NCBI GenBank assembly: GCA_050084515.1
Contig: CM114271.1
Location: forward strand, 37,262,001-37,326,000
Direction: 5' to 3'
Origin: Blasia pusilla
Lineage: Eukaryota
Length of the DNA stretch: 64,000 bases
In this document: positions 1-12,165 of the stretch, piece by piece
Layout of the letters: each line of letters opens with the position of its first letter
Numbering within the stretch: position 1 is the first letter of the stretch
Position numbers and translations under genes: made by a program
The notes under the pieces: model-generated
Told to the model about the DNA's origin: nothing
Database searches by the model: none
The model's input: only the letters and a program-made list of their open reading frames with translations

Positions 1-908
1 CTGTCAAGTTTTACTGGAATGTTCAATTCCAAATATTTGTTGATGTCATTGTAGATTGTGAAGCTGTACACATTGTGCAACAAAAAATACTCAATTTGCA
101 GTTTCCAGTAAAAAGTTATAGTCAATCTTGCAAAATTGCCATTGCTAGGCAACTTTAGGGTTAAATTGTTCAAACCCTAAACCAGCCGCCACACCGGCGG
201 CGGCCGTCGCAGTCACCGTCATAGTCATCATCATCGGTCTACCGTCACCATCACTAGTCAACCATGACCTTCAATGTTCAACCGTCACCATCAACGGTCC
301 GTCGTCACCATCAACGGTCAACCATCACCGTCAACGTCAACGTCAACGTCAACGGTCCACCGTCGGCCGTTGCTGTTGCCCAGCGTTGCTTAGAGTCGCA
401 TTCAGCCGTTGTCCACCCTTTGGTTGCCATTGCCACTATTACGGAGTGCAGGGTCTTCCACGACGTTCGTTGATTCTCTGAATTGCATCGCCACCAAGTA
501 CTTTGTTTTGGTCGGCATCGTCATCGAAGTTTCGTCGTCAACCAATGACGGTAGATGACCTCTGGTTATGGTGTTTGAATTTTGATTTCATGCTGCTATG
601 TTGTGATTGGTAGCCGCTTGACGAAGATCGAGTACCATGCCGTGCGCTTGTAGCCACAACGCGCCGCCCATTGCCGCGCCGTGCCGCTCGTGGCCGCATC
701 GTACCGTCTCGATCGCGGAGTCGCACCGTCATTGTGGAGCAGAGTGTGGGTTTATTGTTGATTGAGGAGGGTATGCCACTGAGTGCTACATCCCACCATC
801 GAGGGCCGTGCCGTTCGTAGCCGTTCCGTGCCGCTTGCAACGCCGCACCGTTCCGCTGGAACCGCACTGTCTATGGAGGAGTTTTGAGCAGCGTCACTAC
901 AGGAGGAG
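1..908. repeat. Near-identical inverted copy of segments 44120-44375 and 45008-45632
   Basis: 1-~257 is the reverse complement of 44120-44375. 267-908 is the reverse complement of ~45008-45630. ORFs 538..867(-) and 45049..45378(+) are almost identical. Confidence 0.95.
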
Positions 909-1148
909 TATGACTTGCTGATTGGAGGAGTTGTCTCCACGACCGAGTTGGGGTTGAGATTTGTAGTTGCTGAGGAGCGACATCGACATGTGTTCAGGTT
1001 ACCTATTTTGGTCCTTTACCCTGCACGCGTGAGGGATTTTGGGATTTTGGGTAGTTTATTTGGGGATATTGGGTTGTGTGGATGCACGAGGGCCATCACA
1101 GCGTCCTTCAGGATTTTGAGAGGCGAGGTAGTGGACCTGAGAGTAGCT

Positions 1149-2420
1149 ATGGAGGGTTTACCCGGAGTGGTGCAAGGTTTTGAGGGTCTCCACGTGACAG
1201 ACCACCTCGATCTCCTTCTGTATTGTCTTCAGACAAGGGGGAGCGTGTAGAGAAGTGTGTTAGTGATCCATCGTACACATTGAGTGGTCCTACCAGTTGG
1301 GCATACAAGATGGACGACCGCGCTAGGGGACCGCATAGGTTTTCAAGTGCAGTAGGCACGATTGAGTTGCATGATTTCATAGCAGAGTTTAGGAGTTGGT
1401 GCGACTCCCAACGGGCCAGGAACTCTTGAGAGTTTAACCCTTTTACAACATGGAACGGTATGTTCCAACATTTAGCGAGGGTGCCCATGGATGATTACCA
1501 ATAGTTCTCTCAGAGATATTCACGTGAGATCGAGGCGTGGAGGCTCTACTATGACCCACATTATGTGTCATGGACGGAGCCATTCCCAGATGAGGAGGAG
1601 GTGTCAGGAGAGGCTACTTCCTCTTCCACTAGTGATGTTTTAGAGGGGTCACTCGCATGAGAGCGGTTGCACCAGCTAGTCGGGTTCGTCCCAAGTTCAA
1701 CCCTGTGGTTGAGTTCTTTGCTGAGTTGAGGGCGAGCTACTAGGGGATACAGACGGAGAAGTTGCGAAGCATCCACAACTTCCAGAGGTGCCCGTGTGAG
1801 AGTTTATGCGAGGCTTATACTCGCTTGCGCCGGTTGATCAATGTCACTCAAGGGGTGACAGAGGCTCAGGCTATCCAGTCATGGTACAAGATGTTGGACC
1901 AGACCCTGCGGACACGAGTGCGAGAGGGGGTGCTTCTTATGAACACCTCCCCTACGTTGAGAGATGTTTTTAGTACCACCCAGAATATTGAGCGCAACAT
2001 GGCGGAGGAGAGCATAGCCACCATGGGTTTTGGCGAGAGCGATCCACGATTGCTGCACTACCATGCGGCAAAGAACGTGGACTCCGAGATAGGTCGACTG
2101 TGGCACCACGAGCTCAGGGAGGATAGCGAGGGGCCGTGCCATAGAGACCTGCGCCTTCATATGCGGCTCAGCAACAGCCGCCTACTATTACTTGTTGGTC
2201 ATGTGGTGGAGCCCATCATCAGTACGATTGCACTCGTCAGGGTCATGGACGTGTGCCTCAACATGGAGGAGGAGATGGTGCTGCACTAGGAGGTTATTAG
2301 TGTGACTATTGTCAAAGGTATAGTCATACACGCACCAGGTGTTTCATTTTACATCTTGAGTTACGTCTCGACCGAGGGCCAGAGAGGGCACCAGAGTGAG
2401 TAGCCGGCCCGGGTGGGCCT
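1149..2420 (+). pseudogene. gag remnant
   Basis: Broken ORFs with retrotransposon gag-like text (ESLCEAYTRLRRLI, EAQAIQSWY) and degraded Cys/His knuckles at ~2190-2350. Confidence 0.7.
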
Positions 2421-2909
2421 AGAGATCGTGCACCAGGTGGTCCCATTGGGGGACGAGGAGCTGGAGTTTCTTGACAAGGTGGTGGAGCTGCCATGGAGGG
2501 GGTAGAGTCCCACCACCTAGACGCGTCGAGGGAGATGTCGGGCATAAGGCTAGGATGGCTGCTCAGATATATCAACTACAGAATAAGATTTCCGCTATGG
2601 CATTAAGATTACACGATGTCAGATCCGTGGCATCAACATCATATGGAGCAGCCAGAGATATGGAGGATCCTGGTTGGATGTGCGGGATTGCCCAGATGGA
2701 GGCACTCGTAGTTGTGATGTGTGGAGCATCCGCAGAGTTGGATCCACAGCGAGGGGAAGCCAGGAAATAGACTAGGCTTCCTCAGTCTTTCACATTGTCC
2801 GAGGCGATGAGGACCCCATCGATGGGTCCCGATCAGAGTTCTTGGAGAGTTGGTGATGTTGTTGGTGTGCAAGCACGGAGGGCTCGATAATCGAGGAGAG
2901 GTCTTCTAG

Positions 2910-3260
2910 TTGGTGAGTCCCGGAGATGGAGCTTTTAGTCCGAATCGCGTCTTGTTGGATTCAGGAGCACAACCCCTAATGTTGGGGAAAGTGTCATTCA
3001 GAGGATTGGGCTTAACGAGAGCCGATGTGGAGCGTTGTCCATTCCGGAAACAAACATCCTTGGGTGGAGCGAGTACCACACAATATATCACCCGACAAGA
3101 GGTTGTGGTGAGGATTCGCTCGGGACATCATATAGATGAGTCCGTGGTGTGAGCCAAGGCGATAGCGATTGATGCAGAGTCCTACAACGTCTTGGTTGGT
3201 GGAGCAATGTTATACCCGATGGGGTTTTCCATAGATTATTGAGCGTCCAACAGACCAGGA
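2910..3260 (+). pseudogene. Retroviral-type aspartic protease remnant
   Basis: RVLLDSGAQPLMLG (DSG catalytic motif), followed by YNVLVGGAMLY. Confidence 0.85.
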
Positions 3261-3600
3261 TGGCAGTGAGGTGATGGGCGCCTTAGCTCATTACCGGTTT
3301 GATTCACAAGTGCAGCGATCGAGCGACGGCCAAGAGAGGTGGCGACCTTAGCATCATTTAGCAGTGCCATCACTTGGCCTAGTGATTTGATTGAGGGACA
3401 TGTCCATGCAGAGGATACTCCCGTTCCTGAAATTTATATGGAGAGGAGTATTATGGTAGCCGCATCATTCCGTGGAGGAGAGGTGTTTGGATTGGAGCGT
3501 GACGAGTTTGAGGAACCCGAGGTAGCAAGGAGTGCTAAAATGCCCTTGGATACCACATCCATTGTGTGGTGTATCCTGGAGGAGGGTATTAGCATTGATG

Positions 3601-4165
3601 ACCAAATCAATGCTGGAGTTTTTGAAGAATGTGTCGATCTTAGGAGACTCCATGTCACGGGTGGTGACAAGTGCTCATTAGGTGCGTGCCTAGATCAACC
3701 CAACAGTGTTCTTGGATGCGGCGAGTGTAGGTTCTAGAGCCCATCGCCCGCGTCTACGGTGGACCAACTTGGTGCCCCATGTGGTGTTATGGAGGGCATA
3801 TGCGAGAGTGGAGTGCCCCTCCCATTTGTTAGTGGATTCCATTCAAGATCCAGGTCGTCGGTCACAGGTAGTGAGGCACGATGATCGACCAGCGTTGACA
3901 ATGGTCAACAGGGTAGGCAAGCTGCGGGCAACCTTTCCCACGTTCGTGAGTTTTCCCGCTTCCTATGCATATAAGGAGGCTGGTCCTTGCTTGGTTTGGG
4001 ATGACCAGGTTCAGAGGTTGGTGGAGCCCAACGCCGATGAGAGAGAGCAGGCGATGGGATTTCCCAGAGGAGTGACGGCAGTACCGTCAGTATTAGAGGC
4101 ATCACGACGCCATGTCTTGGGTTAGGTGATGGAGATGAATTGCTTGATATGGATCTTCAGCTTGG
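3601..4165 (+). pseudogene. C-terminal half of a DNMT3-like C5 cytosine methyltransferase domain inside pol
   Basis: One frame reads FLKNV (motif VI-like, ENV), FLDAASVGSRAHRPRLRWTNL (motif VIII), EREQAMGFPRGVT (motif IX) and RRHVLG*VMEMNCL (motif X). Confidence 0.82.
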
Positions 4166-4739
4166 GAGTGGCTGAGCAGCGTCGGAGGAGATCGTGACAT
4201 ATCATAGTGGTTGCGTTGGTGAGCCCCATGCCTACCGAGACGGCGGAGGTAGTGGCTGGGGGCGAGACCCGAGGAGATCGACACACCATGGGAGATCGGG
4301 AGAGACACCCTTGGACTTCTTGGGATGTTTTGCAGGTACAATAGGAGATGATAGCCACAACATCGAGCGTGGTTCAGGGCACTGCACGTGGAGGAGATCA
4401 GAGTTTGCAATTGGCTGCAGGAGAGCGGCCGAGTGTTGTTGTTTGAGACGGGGTTGCACAATAGCAACCACCGATACGCGCCCCGAAGAGTTCTACCGTA
4501 GTCACGATGGAGACTTGGGAGCCAGATATGGGCCCTAAGTTGACAGGAGGAGAGTGACACCGAATACATCAGTTCCTGAGGAGTTATAGGAGATGCTTTG
4601 TGTTCAGCATGGAGATTTGGATACGCTGAAGGGACCGGGGATCCGCATTGAGTTGTCGAGTGATACGCTGATCTTTGGACGACCCTACAGGTACAATGAT
4701 ATGGATAGGGCTCTAATTCACAGTAGGAGCCAGGACTTG

Positions 4740-5935
4740 GTCGGAGCAAGACTAGTGGAGATGTCGCATGGGGAGTATGCATCTGCCATTGTCATGCCCG
4801 CCAAGAAGGATGTGCATGGCAACTAGACGGATAGGCGGATGTGTGGGAATTACCGACCTATCAATCGGCAGACAAAGTCCGATAGGTATGCCATGCCCAT
4901 CGTTGAGGATATGTTTGATGCGAGTGGTCACGCAAAGGTATTCAGTTCATTGGATTTGCGAGCCAGATACCATCAGCTGCCTATCAGATTGGAGAAGAGG
5001 CAGAAGACGACATTTTGGGGCATCGATCCTCACGGGAAGGATTGTTTGTATCAGTGGCGGTTCTTACCATTTGGGTTAAATAACGCCCCGACTGAGTTTC
5101 AAAGGGTCATGGATAGGATCTTGGCTGGTCTGGATTTTGCTAAGTGTCATATTGATGACATCGTAGTCTTTAGCGCCACAGTTGAGGAACATGAGCGACA
5201 TCTAGAGGAGGTGTTTCGACGATTGCAATTACATGGGCTAAAGCTACATCCAGACAAGTGCAAGTTCTTCTACAATGAGATTGAGTACTGGGGTCATACG
5301 ATATACCCAAGGGGCCTTGGTTTTCATCAGACAAAGGTAGAGTCTATCTCACGCATTCCACGGCCTACAGATGTGAGCCGTGTTCGCGCATTCATGGGAT
5401 TGGCGAACTTCTATCGACGGTACGTCAAGGGATTCAGTTCGATTGCAAAGTTGCTGACCTTGCTGATCAAGGTGGATCACAAGTGGTACTGGGGGGATGA
5501 GCAAGAGCGAGCATTTCAATTGCTCAAGTATAGGTTGACGTCTACGCCCATCTTGAGGAGACCGATTAGGGGATGTCCTTTCCAATTGCACACAGATTGG
5601 AGCATGTTGGGGCTTGGAGCGGTGCTCATCCAACATGATGATGAGGGTAGAGAGTTCATGGTGGCTTACGCTAGCCGCTCGAACAACGATGCAGAGGCAA
5701 AGTACAGCTCGTATATGGGTGAGTGCTTGGCTGTAGTGTGGGTTGTCGCGCATTTCAAGTGTTACTTATTCGGCAACCCCTTTACCATCATCACTGATTA
5801 TCAACCATTGAAGTGATTGATGGAGTCCGACAAGCTTATAGGGAAGCTTGCGAGATGGGCTCTGTTGTTGTAGGAGTATGATTTTCAGATGGTACATAGA
5901 CTGGGACGCTTAACCAGGATGCACATGGGTTGAGT
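4740..5935 (+). pseudogene. Reverse transcriptase-RNase H (Ty3/gypsy)
   Basis: ORF 4839-5816 and flanks: MCGNYRPIN, DLRARYHQ, PFGLNNAP, HIDD, VRAFMGLANFYRRYV, TDWS, TDYQPLK. Confidence 0.95.
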
Positions 5936-6328
5936 CGTAACCCATGCCCGAGTCAGCGAGATGCGACTGGAGCTCGATGGCATGGAGAGAGTGATGAGGA
6001 GTTAGTGCCAAGATGGCACGCGTCAGCCTATTTAGACATTTTGGTTATGAAGAGCAAGAGTGTGGAGACTTCCATGATGAGGTCTAGTGGAGAATCCTTG
6101 GATCCTGAGGCCAGTGAGGAGACCACAGGTGGCCGAGATATTCATGATGATGGAGTAGTCTTGGAGTACCTTTGTACAGGTAGTGTTGCGAGCATCGTGG
6201 GTGCTAGAGAGCGGGATCGGATCCTACAGGGGGCCAGACGGTTCCGTTGGGAGGGGACACATGTTTTGAGGGTTTGGTAGGATGATAGAGTACGCGTAGT
6301 GCCGCATCCTTTGTAGAGAGCACGACTA

Positions 6329-6991
6329 GTGCAACATGCCCACGAGGAGTTGGGTCACTTTGGGGTGAAGCGGACGTATAACTTGCTCCAGATTCAGTAT
6401 TGGTGGCGAGGCATGCAGAATGACGTTCAACAGTTTGTTGCCCGGTGCATGCTGTGTGATCGGGTCCGAGCATTGTTTAATGCTCCAACTCCACAGTTGC
6501 ATCCATTACCTATCATGGGCTTAGGGTATAGATGGAGTTTGGATTTTGCAGTACCTTTGCCTTTGACGGAGCGTCATAGTCCTTATGTGTTGGTGATGGT
6601 CAAGCACTTCTCGAAGTGGATCGAGTTGGTTGCATTTCCTGACAAAGCAAGTGAGGGAGTAGCTTATGCCTTCCTTGACAGAGTGTTGAGTCATTATGGT
6701 GCACCGACTGAGGTGTTGATAGACCAGGTTACCGAGTTTCGCGGTGAGTTCCAGGCCTTGTGTGATTAGGCGCTGATCAACCACCGCACGACTTTGCGAG
6801 ATTATTTTGAGGCGGATGGATTAGCGGAGAGAGTTGTGCAGACGATGAATAGGGGTTTATGCAAGTTTGGCTTGCAAAGAGGTCACCTAGGAGATTGGGA
6901 CCTCCAATTGCCATGGTTGGCGATGGGATACAAATTCAGCACGCAGGCATCCTTAGCGTCTTTTTCACCGTACTTGCTACTTTATGGCTGA
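6329..6991 (+). pseudogene. Integrase (HHCC zinc finger + DDE core)
   Basis: AHEELGHFG...CMLC, WSLDFAVPLP, VLIDQVTEF, DGLAERVVQTM. Confidence 0.93.
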
Positions 6992-7002
6992 GAGCAACCA
7001 CG

Positions 7003-7107
7003 ATGCTAGTCTGTGATGGATGTTCGAGAGGTTGGCATATGGCATATCTGACGCCACCTCTCACTAGGGTTCCTCAAGGACGATGGATGTGTCCCACATG
7101 TACATAG
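7003..7107 (+). pseudogene. Partial PHD finger at the integrase C-terminus
   Basis: MLVCDGCSRGWHMAYLTPPLTRVPQGRWMCPTC matches the C-terminal part of the PHD consensus (LLCDxCxxxxHxxCLxPPLxxxPxGxWxCPxC). Confidence 0.85.
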
Positions 7108-7669
7108 AGGAGATACTAGGTAGGTTTTGATTCCGACTTTTTGTGTGACATGGATGATAGGAAGGCGACTAACAATGGGGCCACATGAGCACCCGACCTT
7201 TATGCTCTTAGCGTCCTACAGATGTATGTAATGGTAGGTAGGGATAGATGGCAATCTGGAATTAGAGGGACCTAACCACCGGCTAGGGTGGCGATTGGAG
7301 ATATTTTAGTACTTCTTGTCTCATTTTTTGGATGTCATGAGTTAGCATGGGATCGTACGTGTTTGTGTGTGTGTTCAGTGACAGCGATGTATGTTGTGTA
7401 GCGATGTGTATACGTACGACAGCTGTCACGTCTTTTAGGATATATAGGTGAGATCTAGTAGAGCGCCTTCGTAAGTAGTGGAGGACAGGCTTAGAAGGTC
7501 GAGGATGACCTGCTGAGGGCCCAAGAAACATGAGAGAGCAGGTTTCCCCTTCGTTTCGGCTCATTTGGAGCCATATTGAGCAGCTTACTATTTTAGGTAA
7601 GTACCATTTTGAGTATATGATCGACTTTCTATTTTGGTAAGTGGCCCTTGACCTCCTACATCAGGTCAA

Positions 7670-7936
7670 GAGCCAAGGAGGTGACTTGGGAGAATAGGCT
7701 ACCATAGAGAGAGCTTGGGAGAGGGGAGGGGTATACCTCAAGGAGAGAGAGCTTGAGAGCTCATTCTCTCTTTGTTGAACGTCTTCGCATGAGGCGGCGG
7801 AGCTATGGTCCCTTGCCTTGTGAGTGTAACCCAAGCCTCTTATTAGGAGAGTGGGTTTGGTTTGACATGAGAGAGAGTTCACACCTTTGAGAGCTATGGT
7901 GTGAGATGGTGTAGAGAGAGATTGGATCTTATTTTA
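7670..7936. repeat. Continuation of the same repeat (reverse complement of ~44745-45010)
   Basis: ORF 7661..7882(-) is almost identical to ORF 44798..45019(+). Confidence 0.95.
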
Positions 7937-8066
7937 ATTGGAGATATTTTAGTACTTCTTGTCTCGTTGTTTGGATGCCATGAGTTAGCATGGGATCGTG
8001 CGTGTTTGTGTGTGTGTGTTCGGTGACAGCGATGTATGTTGTGTACCGATGTGTATGCGCACGACA

Positions 8067-8511
8067 CTCGGAAGCAAAATCCTTATATACCAACGAGCCA
8101 AATCTTTGGTAGACTTTAAAATTCCTACAGATGCCATGTAATCTTGAAGATTCTTGCTCCTCCACAAAAATTGCTCCGTACTTTCTCCAACTAAAAACTT
8201 CTCGGACGTAAGTTGATTCCCAAGATTTTGAATCTGAGTCTCATTCATGGTTTCATACTAATTCTTCAGAATGTTCCACGCCTTAGCAGCAGTGGTCCTA
8301 TGTTGAATGAGAGTCTGTCACTAGATGAAGATGAACATGCATAACTCAAAGTAGCTTGTGGATTCGAGTCGACCCCTGTGGCCGCCTCCAAGATCTCAAA
8401 TGATTCGGGGATAATTCTCAAATTAAACTTCCATAATGTATAGTTAGACCCATCTAACTTCCCTTTACCTAGCATAGGAGGGCAATCACGAACTGACGAA
8501 GAAGTAGCCAT
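8067..8511 (-). pseudogene. Ty1/copia gag N-terminal fragment
   Basis: KLDGSNYTLWKFNLRI and GESTEQFL, typical of copia gag (UBN2-like). Confidence 0.7.
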
Positions 8512-8979
8512 TTCTCAAGAATTTGTGCAAACACGCTAGATCGCCAGATACAAAATACTGGAAAACCTATTGAGTATGAGAAAACAGAATGTGCCAGTGA
8601 TTTCATCATATTCTGAAATCTATTATAAATCTTGGAGATACAAAGTGGCCTAGTCCATCCGTGCGCTTACAGAAGAGCTTCCATGGAACCAGAACATGGA
8701 GATAACTTGACATACGAGAATGCGCTATCGCTGCAACTTCCGACTATTTCACTACTCAGGAAACTAGGCTTCTTCTCCTATTTTTCTTTGTTTCTATTTA
8801 TAGAAATGAAGAAAAATTTAGATAATCCTTATAACGCTACTCCATAAACCACCTACATCATATTACTATGACTCCTTCGACGTCTCAATCGAAACCATCA
8901 ATCTAGGCTTCTCCTTATACAAGGGGGCCGATCAGATTAATGGTGTTGAGAGAAGTGGATGTTGAGAATCCAACATAAA

Positions 8980-11215
8980 CCTCCTGTATTAGCTCAAAGT
9001 TACAAACACCCTCTCAAGTCATACCCGCGACTCTTACAGGAAAACCTCCCGATATCTATAATATTCTATATTTGAAATACGTCTACACTTAACACCATCT
9101 CTACGCCCATCTAGCCTAAGCTCTACCCAATACCCAACATACTCAATGACGCAAGAGAAGTGCCGGAAAAGGGACTCTAATGGGTAACTTGAACACGCAC
9201 GCCATGAGTATACTAAAAGATCAACATTGAGTGGTCCTTGTGGTGCAACAACCTCCACAACATGATAATCTCCTCGAATAGCACATCAAACCTTCCATCA
9301 ATGGATGCGGACTACCCATTGGTATGTTTCTCAACCTCACACACTCCATCTCAAAGTGTCTGTGCACATAACCCATCTTGATACTGGTCCACATAGTTTT
9401 TGTGAGCCAAAAATCCATCCAAACCCTTAATGGGAGGAAAATCTCACCACAAATCATGATCCACGGCCAAAAATACCAAGTCACGAAACTCATTATAATT
9501 CTCCACAACTAACCTCTTGCTACCTTGGAGATTCTCAGGTGGTAATCCCTTATGACCATGTTGCTTAACGATATAGCTACAATATATATCCACCACGTCC
9601 GAACGTTTCATGCCTACATTGGTTCAATACCCATGGCGGCTAGGCTACTACAACCACACCAAATCTCTTCCGCCGAATAGCTAGCTCTGCTCAGCATAGT
9701 CGAGATCAATCCCTATGTGCATCCCCCAATCTGGCTGCACCCTCCTGCCATAACGATATGCATGGCGACCCATGCACTGGCACCTCACTTCTTGGCAAGC
9801 ACGTACGCGCGTCATGCGACCTTAGTGGCTCTCCTTCCTTCTTGCACAATTCTGCCTATGTCGGCTCAACCGTTCTACTTCCTTTCACTAGGCTCTTACC
9901 ACAGGCTGCTCCTGCCACATTGTCCACCAAGCTTTGTCACGCTCTAACTCTCTCTCCAAGCTGGTTGCATGTGGACAAAGTCCATGTCTGCAACCATATC
10001 CATGTGCGTGAACTTACGTCCATCCTATGGAAGGACTTGTCCATGTCCATCTTCCCCTTCTTTCTCATCCCCCTACTTGCCTTTGTGTTCCATAATCTCA
10101 TGTTCCTTCCTCCCTCCACCTCCACTCCCTCCCACTTATTGCCCCACTTGCCCTTGCCCTGCCTTCCATCATGAATTATAAGTGTGGGTTTGACCTCTTC
10201 CAATCCATGTCCAGACTTTCTCGCCCATGTTCGTCCTAGGGATGGACTTGTCCATTTTTTTATAACCATGTCCGTTCCATGGCTCCTCAGGAAACTCCCA
10301 CCTAATTGGACCCCACACTCTTGCATGTTTGGCCCCTGTATGCCCTTTGCTTGCTTACGCCTCCATGCACAACCCAATTTCTTACTCCTACTTACAAACC
10401 CAACACTGGTAAACTTAAGCCCACCACCCTATGTAGGTGCACTCATTCCCTTGGACTTGCTATACCCTAACACCACGTCCTCTTGCCAACTTTATTCACC
10501 CATGCCTCAATCCTTTCACTTGTTATACCCTTGGAAATACGCATACCCAACAGGTACATACCAATGCACCTATCCCAATTTTCTCAAACCATAATGGCTC
10601 CTACTCTCCTCTTTCCTAACATGGTTCCCTTATCTCTATCCAAGGCACTATGTGTTGTTGTTCTCACATCCTTTTTTTTCCGGACTTCCTTTCACTCGTC
10701 TCAATCCTCCCTAACTTTGGAGCTCCATCTTCACTCCATTTAGCAAGACTTGATACCCTTTGAAGCGGCTCTTATGTACTCTCCTAGGCTCTAGTCTTGC
10801 TTCAGCTACATGGCACACTCCCCTTGGCTAATCGCCCCTCAGACGCTTAGCATACGTCCCTATGATGTTGGCCTCCTCTCAACCTTGCCTTTGACCTAGC
10901 TACATCACGGATCCCTTCAACGCACGCCCCCCTATGAGGCTTCGACACATCATTCCTTCTATCTCCACACTCTACGTCTCTATGAATGAGATGTACAATT
11001 TGAGAACTCTAATGGCTACTCCTACAACCTTAGCCTCTACGACCTAACCTAAGCCTTAGCTACATTTACTTGACATCCCCTTGGCAGTTGCAAGCCATAT
11101 AAGGTTCTCTTCCTTCTCTTTCCAAACACGCGTCACTCTTCCACCAATGCTACATGTGCACTACACCCAAGTGTTGATTCCCGCTACATTGCCACTACCC
11201 TAGCTCAATCTACTA
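8980..11215 (-). mobile_element. Highly decayed Ty3/gypsy remnant, probably the same family
   Basis: Faint knuckle-like text near 11080, integrase C-terminal-like text near 9700 and a PHD-like relic near 9160-9215. No intact ORF. Confidence 0.5.
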
Positions 11216-11759
11216 TCCACAAAAATTTGAGGAAAATGGGCAGCACTTCCACACACAACCTTCTGCATGAAAAAAGCGACAAAAGTTACCCCCTTTCATC
11301 TTTCCCATGTAAAATTGAAGTAAAAATGAGTCACAAAGTCAACTCCATGGTTTTTATTGTTCCCATCTTAGCATTGAAGCCACACTCCATTTCATTTCAT
11401 CATAGGGATTGATTCTTTGAGATCCTTTTGCATTGGAGATAAATTATGTGGCATTCCAGTTGGTATTGCTCTTATCTCAGCACTAAACCCCTTCTTTGAT
11501 TCATTGGAGGGCTTCATTGTCTCTGATCCTTCTACGCTCGAGAGAAACTACGTCGTATTTTAATTTGTGCTCCTCTCAACTCCGCTCTAAACACACTCTC
11601 CATATCATTGAAGCGCCTCCGAGAGAGAATTAGATTTGCTTTCGATTAATTTCTACTCCTCATATCTCACCATTTGAAGAAGCTGCACTCACGAGCTTCA
11701 AAAAATATTCCTTCCCTGTGGACTCTCCCAGCTTCTCAAATCTACATCGATATATCAAG

Positions 11760-12165
11760 TCACATACACCCTCCCTAATGAGGAAATATGGATCCTAACA
11801 CCTTAGTTCCTATCACACACCAGCGCGAGAGCTGCTCCAAGATGCCAACATGAGAAAGATGGCTTGAGAAAGCCATATCTTGTTCTCGTATAGCCTTGGA
11901 GAAAGTCAAAAAGCTCTTCCCCATAAGCAATCATCTCCCAACATAACATGTGTGCACATGTTACCAGGTAACTCTAACCTAGTCAACGAGTCATTTGGTT
12001 GGAAATAAAAGAAAAGAAAAGGGAATCGTAAAAAATGACGTTCTCGAGGCAACGGGCTTATTGTCAACCTTATGTGACACCTCGAGACAAAGTTACACCC
12101 AAACATCCCTTGAGGTTGTCAATGCAGTAAAACTCTACCTATTAGATAAATAAGATGTGATACCT
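11760..12165. repeat. Non-coding retroelement segment (LTR/UTR-like) shared with 48740-49155
   Basis: Colinear similarity, e.g. ccaacatgagaaagat(g/t)gcttgaga, ttctcga(g/t)gcaa, aatgca..a.aactctacc, taagatgtga. Confidence 0.75.

Larger units (their letters stand above)
909..7669 (+). mobile_element. Degenerate Ty3/gypsy LTR retrotransposon (gag-PR-[C5 methyltransferase]-RT-RH-INT-PHD)
   Basis: Domain order gag, protease (VLLDSGAQPL), RT (FSSLDLRARYHQL, PFGLNNAP, HIDDIVVF), RNase H (LHTDWS, VAYASRS), integrase (HEELGHFG..CxxC, WSLDF, LIDQ, AERVVQT). Many stops and frameshifts. Boundaries come from comparison with the empty site at ~45008-45010. Confidence 0.92.

Noticed and set aside
538-867. 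Duplicated 109-aa ORF treated as a real gene
   Set aside because: Its conservation is explained by recent DNA duplication; it has a GTG start and no known domain.
1193-1199. CGTGACA as a 5' LTR end complementary to TGTCACG at 7424, implying a permuted one-LTR circle
   Set aside because: It lies inside the apparent gag start (ATG 1149) and is not conserved in the homologous fragment at ~56620.
3601-4165. Functional host DNMT3 gene
   Set aside because: It is intronless, embedded in pol, contains stops, and lacks motifs I and IV in this copy.
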